From IMG/VR virus record IMGVR_UViG_3300032280_000373: a stretch of DNA of 20,000 nucleotides. One strand, 5' to 3'. The position numbers and the translations under genes are program-made. Source of the stretch: an uncultured virus (IMG/VR IMGVR_UViG_3300032280_000373) (taxonomy: Duplodnaviria; Heunggongvirae; Uroviricota; Caudoviricetes). Position 1 is the first letter of the stretch. Every line of letters begins with the position of its first letter. Below, piece after piece: positions 1 through 8,165 of the stretch. A model generated the notes under the pieces. It did no database searches. It was given only the letters and a program-made list of their open reading frames with translations, and had not been told where the DNA came from.

Positions 1-1
1 T

Positions 2-2725
2 GTCTTCTAAAGGATGAGGCTTGGAGTTTGCCAACCTCACTTGGACGACACCGCCGGGTTTGTTGGATGCTAGGATGGCTTCACCGCGCTCAATCAACTT
101 GCCGTTTCCGTATTTCTCTCTGGCATTCTTTTCCTGTTCGTCAGCCACCTGATCGTTTTCAGCTGCTACCCTGGCTTTTTCTTTTTGTTTTAAACCTTCT
201 GCCTGCGTGTTTACCCGTTCCAATTCGTTTTGTTTGGCGACCCGATCTGGCCCGGGAGGAAGTTTATCAATCTCCTCCTGCAATTTAACGGCCTGTTGTT
301 TATTGTTATAAACATCTTCTCTTAACTTTTTACGGAAAGCTTTCTGTTCAGTGGCTTTTTGCTGGTTTTTCTCCGCAAGTCTTTCTTCTTCTGTGCGTTT
401 GTTTTCTGGGAATTGCTCTTCGAGTTCGTCAAGCTCTTTAAGATTTTTGGCCTGATAAACAATATCATACATCTTGTCCAATTCTTCTTGAGAGTAATCC
501 CCTGAGTTCTCACGTTTCTCAAGAAACTGGTCTTTCTGTTGTGGGATTACTTCATATGGGTCAGGGTCTCCATACCAAACTTCATCAGAATCTCTGACTC
601 CTAGAACCGTATAAACACCGGTGGCTTTATCTTCTATTGCGTAGATATCTTTATTGCCATTCGCCCACTCCTTAAATCGGTTGGTATCTTCGCTTGGTTT
701 AAACCTCAATGGGGTTTCGTCTTGGCCCATCGAATCAATCAGGGATTGGAGCAAGGTTTGAGTCTCCTCTTCGTTAGCGGGAATGTCTTTAAATTCGAGA
801 GTTCCAGGCTCGACGTCCACGTACCGGGGCTTGGTCGGTTGAGTCTTGGGAGCTTCGGTTACTGGAGTGACGGGTTGTCCACTCGTAATGGCGGGGGCAA
901 TAGTTTCAGAAGGGGTGATAGGAGCGGCGGGTTCTTGGACTTTCTGGGAAAGCTCGTCGGCGATACGTTCGCCTTCAGCGGTAACGTCCATGCCAGCCTG
1001 TTCTGTTTGTTCGGTCAGTACTTTATGAGTTTCAGGAGAAATTGAGGGATCAACTTTATCCAAAGCAGATTTAAGGCGAACACCTTTCTCAACACTAGTG
1101 AACAACTGAGTAAACTGCGGTTCAATGTTATTCCGCAAGGATTCAATCTGAGCCTGTTTGGTTTCGTCGTCCAAACCAGGATCGTTGACCACTGCTGAAA
1201 TCTGATCGCGGTAGGCAACTGCTTTGTATTGGTTAACCAGATATTGAATCTGTCTGTAATTGGATCGGAATCCAAGGGCTCGCATCCCAAGTCCTGCGCC
1301 ACCGGCCGCGGCAAGAGACTCGGCCATCCGGGCAACAGGATCTTGAGCCGTCAGGATGTTCTGAATAACATCGGAAGTAAACTCGCCGGCGGTCATGGCG
1401 CCGGCTCCCAAAGCGTAGGTTGCCAAAGCCCCGGCCAAAGGTTTGTTCTTTAATACTGACCCTTTCGCAATATCGGAAGCGAACGCGCGCATAGCTCCGT
1501 CTTCGATGCCCCTTTGGCTCAACTCTTCCGCCAAGGCCATGGAAATACCCTCTGATCCGATAGATGCCAATCGGTCGTACCAAGGGAGATCGCGAGGATC
1601 ATTCTTCAATGATTGGCTTGCCCCCAGTGTTCCGTAGAGAGCGGCTCTAGATAGGGGGGTAGCTGTCTTTTCAGTTCCAGCTGCGGTCTTGGCCAAGCTC
1701 TGCGCCAGTTCTGTTCCGAACAACTCTTCAGCTCCGGCAACGGCTTCAGCTTTACCAACAGCGCCAAATGCCTTGGCCGCAAGCCCGCCACCCAAAGCAA
1801 ACTGGGACACGGAACCAAGAACAGAACCCGCAAGTGTTGACCCGAGATAGTCTTTTCCGACAACCTCGTTAATCGCTTCGGTCAACGCTGCTCGTTTTGC
1901 AACCTGATCAAAATCTTTTTCGTCAATTACGATGTCGCCTACTCCAATGAAAGGAAGGAAAGTATCACCAGTATTTACTGCAAAGTTACGAAGTCCTGCT
2001 GTCCCGAGGGCTTTACGACGATCGCTTTTAAGATCTTTAAGATATTCCTGCGCTCGACCAATCGTCATCCCCGCGGTAAATAGAGTTCCTTTCTTGGCCC
2101 CAAACTCAATCAAATCCCCGTCCTCTTGCGCTATAGTCTTTCCTTCGTCGAGTTCTTTTTTATAGTCTGCGCCACGAGACAGGGATCTTTGAATATCATC
2201 TGGGTCAGTCAATTCCCCTATGTATTGGCGAGCTGTAAAAGCATGCTGGAGAGATTCAACATCTGCCTCATCGAGACCGGCTGCGTATTGTAAGCCAGCC
2301 TGAGTTTGGCGCCCGATAGCCTTTGCAGTACCCCAAAGCTGTTGCAGTACACTAGGGTCTTTGCCAGTGTCCCGCGCAATCTGACCCATCTCCTTGGCAT
2401 AATCCAAGGTAACTTGATTGCTTTGCTTTTTGAAATACTCTGCGCTATCCGGGGAACGATTAAAGAAAATGCCAGGGTTTAAAAGCCCCGCACCTTTAGT
2501 AGTGGGGTTATCGCGAGCCTGCTGGAATACTTTACCAAGATCCCCCATATTGGGGATCTGAGATAGATTGCCTCCAACTGCTCCGTCATCCGGATTAAAC
2601 GTGAGCTCCTGCTCGGGAGGCGTAAGCTCCAGAACTTCATCCTGTATTAGCTCCGGCTGGTTGATCTGCTCGGGGGCTAAAGAGGATGGTTCTTCGATTG
2701 GGTTAAGCGGATCGATGGGGGGCAT
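2..2725 (-). CDS. Large putative internal virion / DNA ejection protein, 3'-partial (at least 908 aa, runs off the window start)
   Basis: Not in the ORF track because it has no stop inside the window. I read the frame by hand: ATG at 2725 (MPPIDPLNPIEEPSSLAPEQ...), in-frame TGA upstream at 2737-2735, and no stop down to position 2. It contains Gly/Ala hydrophobic segments (STLAGSVLGSVSQFALGGGLAAKAFGAVG; PLAGALATYALGAGAMTAG), a Pro/Thr linker and a charged coiled-coil region. It is the third large gene after the adaptor, as in podovirus ejectosome operons. Confidence 0.8.
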   Translation of the reverse strand, partial: MPPIDPLNPIEEPSSLAPEQINQPELIQDEVLELTPPEQELTFNPDDGAVGGNLSQIPNMGDLGKVFQQARDNPTTKGAGLLNPGIFFNRSPDSAEYFKKQSNQVTLDYAKEMGQIARDTGKDPSVLQQLWGTAKAIGRQTQAGLQYAAGLDEADVESLQHAFTARQYIGELTDPDDIQRSLSRGADYKKELDEGKTIAQEDGDLIEFGAKKGTLFTAGMTIGRAQEYLKDLKSDRRKALGTAGLRNFAVNTGDTFLPFIGVGDIVIDEKDFDQVAKRAALTEAINEVVGKDYLGSTLAGSVLGSVSQFALGGGLAAKAFGAVGKAEAVAGAEELFGTELAQSLAKTAAGTEKTATPLSRAALYGTLGASQSLKNDPRDLPWYDRLASIGSEGISMALAEELSQRGIEDGAMRAFASDIAKGSVLKNKPLAGALATYALGAGAMTAGEFTSDVIQNILTAQDPVARMAESLAAAGGAGLGMRALGFRSNYRQIQYLVNQYKAVAYRDQISAVVNDPGLDDETKQAQIESLRNNIEPQFTQLFTSVEKGVRLKSALDKVDPSISPETHKVLTEQTEQAGMDVTAEGERIADELSQKVQEPAAPITPSETIAPAITSGQPVTPVTEAPKTQPTKPRYVDVEPGTLEFKDIPANEEETQTLLQSLIDSMGQDETPLRFKPSEDTNRFKEWANGNKDIYAIEDKATGVYTVLGVRDSDEVWYGDPDPYEVIPQQKDQFLEKRENSGDYSQEELDKMYDIVYQAKNLKELDELEEQFPENKRTEEERLAEKNQQKATEQKAFRKKLREDVYNNKQQAVKLQEEIDKLPPGPDRVAKQNELERVNTQAEGLKQKEKARVAAENDQVADEQEKNAREKYGNGKLIERGEAILASNKPGGVVQVRLANSKPHPLED

Positions 2726-2741
2726 AGTTAAAGCTCATGTA

Positions 2742-4292
2742 TTACTCTGACCTGCCCGCAATATTACCAACTCCGGAACCAGTTGTCTCCTTATTTTTTC
2801 GAGAAAGTAAGCCATTGTACCCACCCGTTTGGGCGTAGTAAGTATCGTAATATTGTTTGATGGTCATCGTCTTCCCGGTCTTAGTATCCTTAATTGTGCT
2901 GTTGGGGCTACGGGAAAGAGCGATCTGATCCTGCTGGCTTAAAGTCGAAGTTGGGGTTACAGCGGGAGTCTGTTGAGCAACTTGTGCCTGGGGCCGAACG
3001 GGGGGTGACATCCTCACGTAATTCGAAGGAGCCGCTGGTTGTTTAGTGTTCGAAGTAGTTTTGTTAGCAGGACCCGGAACGGCCGCTGCTCCCTGAACAA
3101 GGAACTGATCGAACATACTCTGGTTAGGAAGTCTCAGCCTGTTTCTAGCAAACCAGTCTTGAACCGCTTTGCGAGAAGCTTTAGTCCTGGCTCCAGTTCT
3201 AGGATTGATTGTTCCGTCGTCGCTAAAATCTGCGGCCAAGGAGGGGGGCGGATCAGACCAAGTCACTCCGCCTTCAACTTGGACAGCTTGATCTGGGTAC
3301 ATCTTAACCAAAGCCGCTGCCAAATTATCCATAGCAATTTGATCTTTTTCTGCGGAAGTTAACGCGGCGTTTTTATTATACTGCAAAACAAACTTCTTCA
3401 TCTCAGAGGCGTAGGCTGGGGACATGCTTCGAGTTTCTTCTGGATATTTGGCCTCAATCTTGTCGAACGCAGCTTGCGCATCCCCGAGTTCACCAATCGC
3501 TCCCAACTGGATCACAGATGAAAGAGCGGAATTGTCTTCGTCGGACATTAGTTTTGCGTGAGCTTGGCGGGCATTATTTAGATTTTCTTGGAACATTTTC
3601 CTGGCTACTGGGTCAGTATTGCGGAGTTGATTGTAACTAGCTGACAACCCCGTGAGCGCTGAATCTAACTCAGTAGGAGTCATGGTCTCAAGATTCAACG
3701 ACATCGGAGCGGAGGCGAGCTCGTAAGCCTGGTCTTGCGTATTAAGATTGATGTTTTCTCGCTCCATCGCCCGTTGAGTATTCACGGCTTCTTTAGCCGA
3801 CTTCGCTACTTTTAAATAGCCAGCCGTGTTCTGCATTATTTGGCTCGCTCTTAAGCTAGCCTGCTGAATTTTCTCGGGGTCACCACTTGAGTATGCTGCT
3901 TCAAGTTCACTCTGCATAACGGCGGAGTTCTCCTCCAGCTGTCGTGCGCGGGCGTCCTCTTGGGCTTTGAGTAATTCTTTCTGCTTCTCAAAAGAAAACT
4001 TACGTTCAGCTAGATCGTTAGCCAAACTCTTTTGATTTAAACCCTGTTGGTATTTTGCCAATTGGTTTTGATATTGGAGATTTTGATTCTCTAATCTGGC
4101 TTGGTCGAGGTCAGCCTGACGAGCTGCGTTTTCTCGGTTGGCGTTTAACTGAGCATAACCCAAACCAACCTGAGCCTGCGCTTGCTGTTGTTGCTGGAAC
4201 AACTGCTGCTTTTTTAAATAGTTCTCACGTAGATCGCCAATCACCCCGCGAACTTGGCTTACGTAATCTGGAGCGTTAGGAGAAAGAGCCAT
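2742..4292 (-). CDS. Putative internal virion / ejection protein (Gln/Ala-rich, helical coiled-coil, 516 aa)
   Basis: Long ORF starting 3 nt after the upstream stop. Q-rich heptad N-terminal half and low-complexity C-terminus. Synteny fits podovirus core proteins. Confidence 0.6.
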   Translation of the reverse strand: MALSPNAPDYVSQVRGVIGDLRENYLKKQQLFQQQQQAQAQVGLGYAQLNANRENAARQADLDQARLENQNLQYQNQLAKYQQGLNQKSLANDLAERKFSFEKQKELLKAQEDARARQLEENSAVMQSELEAAYSSGDPEKIQQASLRASQIMQNTAGYLKVAKSAKEAVNTQRAMERENINLNTQDQAYELASAPMSLNLETMTPTELDSALTGLSASYNQLRNTDPVARKMFQENLNNARQAHAKLMSDEDNSALSSVIQLGAIGELGDAQAAFDKIEAKYPEETRSMSPAYASEMKKFVLQYNKNAALTSAEKDQIAMDNLAAALVKMYPDQAVQVEGGVTWSDPPPSLAADFSDDGTINPRTGARTKASRKAVQDWFARNRLRLPNQSMFDQFLVQGAAAVPGPANKTTSNTKQPAAPSNYVRMSPPVRPQAQVAQQTPAVTPTSTLSQQDQIALSRSPNSTIKDTKTGKTMTIKQYYDTYYAQTGGYNGLLSRKNKETTGSGVGNIAGRSE

Positions 4293-4295
4293 AAA

Positions 4296-5357
4296 TTATC
4301 CAATAGGATTATACGCGGTGCCAGTCCAATTTCTTGCTGCTGCTGCGTTCATCGCTCCAGCAATTCCACCAACAGGACGACCAGCTAAAGGTCGGCCCTG
4401 CAAGTCTACAGCTTTGCTATCACTCGGCCAATTCCATTCGGATCCAGGAAGACTTGGTCTAGTTGCAGCATAAGTTCCCGGCTGGAATCCAACATACTGA
4501 CCTCTTGAAATATCAAACTGGCCAGGCAATGCCTGACTCTGCCAAGCGTTGAGCGCGTTCTGATTTCTAATCTGACTGTTATACGAAAGCTGGTTTGCGG
4601 CTGTTGAGAATATTTCGTTAACCGAAATTGGGGACATGGCCTGCATCGCTTGTTGAGCAAGTTGCGAAGATTTGGCCAACAAATCTGCCCCAAACTGTTG
4701 AACTTGCAAGGTACTTAGCCCGAGATCCCTGGAGAGAATGTTGCGGCCAATTCCAGATCGACCACCAAGCCCGGTGCTAAAACCTAACTGCGCGGCCCCG
4801 CGCCCAGCTTGCATTGCCGCGTCTCGAGAAAGCTGCCCCGTCGCCATCGTGGCCCCAAGATTTGAAATGGCTCTTGTTCCTGCCTCTGTTCCCGGAGCGA
4901 ACTGTTTGTATTGTTCGGCGTAAGGCTTGTTGCCTTCCATTGTTCGCTTCCCCATCTCTTCATAATTTAAATTAAGTTCTTCCATCGTCGGTGCTGGCCC
5001 AAGATAGAATTCAATTGGGGTTGGTGCTGCTTGCCCGCCGCCGTACCCACCGCCGGTGCTACTACCGCCTCCGCCAGAGCTTCTCCGTATGCTTCCACCA
5101 CTAATACCGCTAGGATTGTCTCGTTGAGTGGCTGCTGCTCGTGCAGTCGGAATTCCAAAACCTGTGTATGTTTTATTGAAAGCTTCTTGTTGCCCCATCC
5201 AATCATTCCAACTCTGGCCTGGAGCTCGGGGAATTTGACCGTATGACATACTTCCTGGATTCCTAGATTCTTGTAACGCTCGATCGTATGAGTATTGCTC
5301 ATACGATTTCCCTGAACCCATGAAATTATTTGTCGGTCTATTTGTAATAGTTGCCAT
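4296..5357 (-). CDS. Putative DNA pilot / ejection protein (Gly/Gln/Ala-rich, 353 aa)
   Basis: Gly-rich tracts (GGGGSSTGGGYGGG; AAQLGFSTGLGGRSGIG). It is the first gene after the adaptor and starts 2 nt after the upstream stop. Confidence 0.55.
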   Translation of the reverse strand: MATITNRPTNNFMGSGKSYEQYSYDRALQESRNPGSMSYGQIPRAPGQSWNDWMGQQEAFNKTYTGFGIPTARAAATQRDNPSGISGGSIRRSSGGGGSSTGGGYGGGQAAPTPIEFYLGPAPTMEELNLNYEEMGKRTMEGNKPYAEQYKQFAPGTEAGTRAISNLGATMATGQLSRDAAMQAGRGAAQLGFSTGLGGRSGIGRNILSRDLGLSTLQVQQFGADLLAKSSQLAQQAMQAMSPISVNEIFSTAANQLSYNSQIRNQNALNAWQSQALPGQFDISRGQYVGFQPGTYAATRPSLPGSEWNWPSDSKAVDLQGRPLAGRPVGGIAGAMNAAAARNWTGTAYNPIG

Positions 5358-5359
5358 AG

Positions 5360-6583
5360 TTATGCCATGTTGGCGATTTCACCCATCGCGAACATCTCCA
5401 TTTGGACCTGGGGTCTGCCAATGTTAGCTCCTTCAACTTCTTTGAGTTCTTCACGCAAGAGTTCGACAGCCTTTTCTTCGTATTTCATGGCTTCGTCCAG
5501 GTTATTGTTTTCCTCTTTTTCGATGGCTATCGCCATCATCTTTAAAGCTCCAAGGTTGGTCACGATCAAATCGTCGTCATCGGTGACCGCGGGAATAAAT
5601 TTCCGCTTTGCCAGTACAGTCACAGTAGCTCCTTGTTCGCTTTCAAAGCCTGGAATTGCATACCGCCTATACTGGGGCAACGTCTCGCTGGGCGCAAGTA
5701 TGGCGATGCAGGACTCCGAACCCGTGGTCGGATCGACTGCATAGACACGGACCCAACCTTTCGTTGCAGTTTTGTTTATGGCATCGATGGATCGAAAGGC
5801 GTTGGCTGTGGTGCGGGGAAGTTCTGTAAAAACTCCAAGTGCCCAAGTGGCTAACCACGGGTAGGCGACATCGGCAACGCCTGAATTAACAATAATTCCT
5901 AACTCAGGATCTGAAGAAGTAACGGCCCAGTATTGCTCTGCGCTATCGTAAGCAAGAATAGCCCCGGCAAGATTTTTATATGCCGGCTTTGAATTAGTAG
6001 TTGTATACCAAGCATAAACACCATTACCTTCGGCATAAGTTCCAGTTAATCCAGAAACTAACACGCTAGAATTACCCGACCCAGCACTCAAGTTCAACCG
6101 CTCGCCATCAATATAAACATTGTCCTCTTGGGTCTGAACTCGGTTGTTGTAGGAGTCAGACCCGCGGAACAGAATGGTTGAAGTAGAATCTTCAATCAAG
6201 TCGGTGTAAACCCGAATATACTTTTGGGCTTCAATCGAACGAAAGCAAGGAACAAAACCGCGGTCGATCAACCTTTTCCAATCTCCAGCGGGGGCAATGC
6301 CAGGGCCATTAGCCATAAACTCATACCACTGGTTATAAACTTGGGCGGGCACACCACTGTAGTTGTACCCCAGAACAGTTTCAAACTCTCGGGGTAATGT
6401 GATACAACCACCATAAACGCAAACGGAATAACGCCCGTAAGTTCCGGCGTATAATCCTTTATTTAGCAAACGTTCTTGTGCTTCGTTGGTGCGGGCCAGC
6501 AACTGCGGGTCAGTCGCGCACATTCCGTTCTGGGTAACGCGGGCCAGTTGTTCTTTAACCGATCCGTAGGTACGACGGATCAT
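5360..6583 (-). CDS. Putative head-tail adaptor / tail tubular protein A-like (407 aa) with an inserted domain
   Basis: Helical N-terminus (LLARTNEAQERLL), an ITLPREF motif, a beta-rich middle and a helical C-terminus (GALKMMAIAIEKEE..EAMKYEEKAVELL), the layout typical of podovirus adaptors. ATGA overlap with the upstream gene. Confidence 0.6.
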   Translation of the reverse strand: MIRRTYGSVKEQLARVTQNGMCATDPQLLARTNEAQERLLNKGLYAGTYGRYSVCVYGGCITLPREFETVLGYNYSGVPAQVYNQWYEFMANGPGIAPAGDWKRLIDRGFVPCFRSIEAQKYIRVYTDLIEDSTSTILFRGSDSYNNRVQTQEDNVYIDGERLNLSAGSGNSSVLVSGLTGTYAEGNGVYAWYTTTNSKPAYKNLAGAILAYDSAEQYWAVTSSDPELGIIVNSGVADVAYPWLATWALGVFTELPRTTANAFRSIDAINKTATKGWVRVYAVDPTTGSESCIAILAPSETLPQYRRYAIPGFESEQGATVTVLAKRKFIPAVTDDDDLIVTNLGALKMMAIAIEKEENNNLDEAMKYEEKAVELLREELKEVEGANIGRPQVQMEMFAMGEIANMA

Positions 6584-7005
6584 TCGTAATACCCCACGTA
6601 GACTTTATATTGTGCGTTGGCTGGGGCAACCGGAAGTGTAGGAGTTAATTTACTAATCCCGTCGACAATATAGGTTGTATTCCCGATACCCCACGGCGAA
6701 GAAATAGTTGCGTTGACATCGGTCAAAACAATGTCCCCAAAAGAAAACGGGGTAAACTCTTTCCATGCTCCTTCAGAAAAAACTTTTACCGCCCGCGGAA
6801 ATCCACTAACCCCCGGGTCTAATTGAAACCAAATTTTATCATTGTCTTGAGATGCGGGGGTATTAGATGAGATAATAATGGAGCTTAAATTTGACCCTGC
6901 ATTTACCGATAAATAAGATTGCAATAACTGTAATAGACCTTGTAGGTTAGCAGGATATCCAGTATTTTGCGGAACGGTACCTGCGGATATCGTGTAAACA
7001 GCCAT
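6580..7005 (-). CDS. Small virion (tail-associated) protein, paralog of 7047..7499
   Basis: Shares the motifs VP..T.YPA, P(P)AS.D.DK[IL]WF, GAW.EF, NATIS.PWG and YK.YVGY with the neighbouring gene. Confidence 0.6.
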   Translation of the reverse strand: MAVYTISAGTVPQNTGYPANLQGLLQLLQSYLSVNAGSNLSSIIISSNTPASQDNDKIWFQLDPGVSGFPRAVKVFSEGAWKEFTPFSFGDIVLTDVNATISSPWGIGNTTYIVDGISKLTPTLPVAPANAQYKVYVGYYE

Positions 7006-7014
7006 GGCTTAATT

Positions 7015-7042
7015 AGATTAACGTCTCGGTATTTTGTGTCAA
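7015..7042 (-). promoter_or_regulatory. Sigma70-like promoter TTGACA-N16-TAATCT
   Basis: Minus strand reads TTGACA caaaataccgagacgt TAATCT aattaagcc ATG, filling the 41-nt intergenic gap. Confidence 0.6.
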
Positions 7043-7046
7043 CTAT

Positions 7047-7499
7047 TTAGGGGGTTTTGGAAGACCAGTATCCAACGTAGGTTTTATACTTCAATCCTTC
7101 TGGGGGAAGGGGGGCAGCAGTAGGGGTATAGTTATTTAACCCCAAGCCTGAAAAGCTATAGGTGTAACCGTATTCACCCCATGGGGCGGATATAGTCGCG
7201 TTTTCAATAACCAATATTCTATCTCCTTGGAATAATTGAGCAAACTCTTGCCAGGCTCCGTTTACATAAAAACGAGCTACTTTTGGGGTGCCATAATTTG
7301 TTGCGGGTGCCCCCGTTTCAAACCATAGCTTGTCGGTATCGCCAGATGCCGGGGGTGTTTGACTTATAACATAAGCCTGTTCATTCCCATCTACCACAAG
7401 AGTAGAGGCGTCCGCAACAAAATTTACAAGTGTTTGAACCTGTGCTGGATAGCAAGTTTCTACAGGGACAGAAGTAACAGTAATTGGGTATTCAGCCAT
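7047..7499 (-). CDS. Small virion (tail-associated) protein, paralog of 6580..7005
   Basis: Aligns over its full length with 6580..7005 and lies within the tail gene block. Confidence 0.6.
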   Translation of the reverse strand: MAEYPITVTSVPVETCYPAQVQTLVNFVADASTLVVDGNEQAYVISQTPPASGDTDKLWFETGAPATNYGTPKVARFYVNGAWQEFAQLFQGDRILVIENATISAPWGEYGYTYSFSGLGLNNYTPTAAPLPPEGLKYKTYVGYWSSKTP

Positions 7500-7507
7500 A
7501 CACTAAT

Positions 7508-8164
7508 TTATTCTTCCTTTGGTTTAGAAGCAAGCACTTTCCAAGTCTTTCTCTGCCCGTCCACGCAAACATCTAGGTTTTCTGGTTTGTATTCGTCCCC
7601 ATTTGCTGCTGTAATATTGGGCCCCCCACCTCTAGCAAAAGTGATCTCACCTTCATCCAAATACAAAACAGCTCGCGATCCGCTTGCATCAAGTACCCAA
7701 TTCGAACTGCCTTTTCCTTCGAGCCCTTGAACTCCTTGGTACAAAAATATTCCTTCACCACCGCTCGAGGACGCGGTTGTGTCAAACCATAAAGTTTGGC
7801 TCACTACATTTCCACTGCAATCTTTACAACCAGTATCGATAGCCGCGGCCATAAGTATCGGGCGAGGATTGAGATTTATTGTGGACGGTTGGCACACTTT
7901 ACAAAAATTAGAACTTGCCCCGCTACCTGATGGTGGAGCTGTTGCTGGAGTTACAACCTCATTGGTTGGGTTTTCTGGATTGCTCCCAACCGGTGGTTCT
8001 GGATCCGGAGGGGTTACAGTTGGGGCATCGTTTACGGGGCCAAATTTTTGAGCAGCTACCACACGACTAAAGCCGGGGAGTGGAAGAACAGTAATTGTTC
8101 CACCACCAAAACCGGGTAGACCGGAGGGGAGCGGATCTCCCGAGTACTCCAATCTCTCACTCAT
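7508..8164 (-). CDS. Hypothetical virion protein with Pro-rich linker and two CxxC motifs (218 aa)
   Basis: The track gives a start at 8296, but that overlaps the nozzle gene by about 130 nt. ATG at 8164 (MSERLEYSG) lies 1 nt after the nozzle stop (TAA t ATG), matching the other tight junctions. Motifs CKVC and CKDC. Confidence 0.6.
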   Translation of the reverse strand: MSERLEYSGDPLPSGLPGFGGGTITVLPLPGFSRVVAAQKFGPVNDAPTVTPPDPEPPVGSNPENPTNEVVTPATAPPSGSGASSNFCKVCQPSTINLNPRPILMAAAIDTGCKDCSGNVVSQTLWFDTTASSSGGEGIFLYQGVQGLEGKGSSNWVLDASGSRAVLYLDEGEITFARGGGPNITAANGDEYKPENLDVCVDGQRKTWKVLASKPKEE

Positions 8165-8165
8165 A

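Noticed and set aside
2539..2560. Inverted repeat AGATCCCC-n6-GGGGATCT
   Set aside because: It lies inside a coding region, has no U-tract and is a single instance; probably chance.
28..2750. Many short ORFs on both strands
   Set aside because: They lie within or almost wholly overlap the uninterrupted 2..2725 minus-strand gene.
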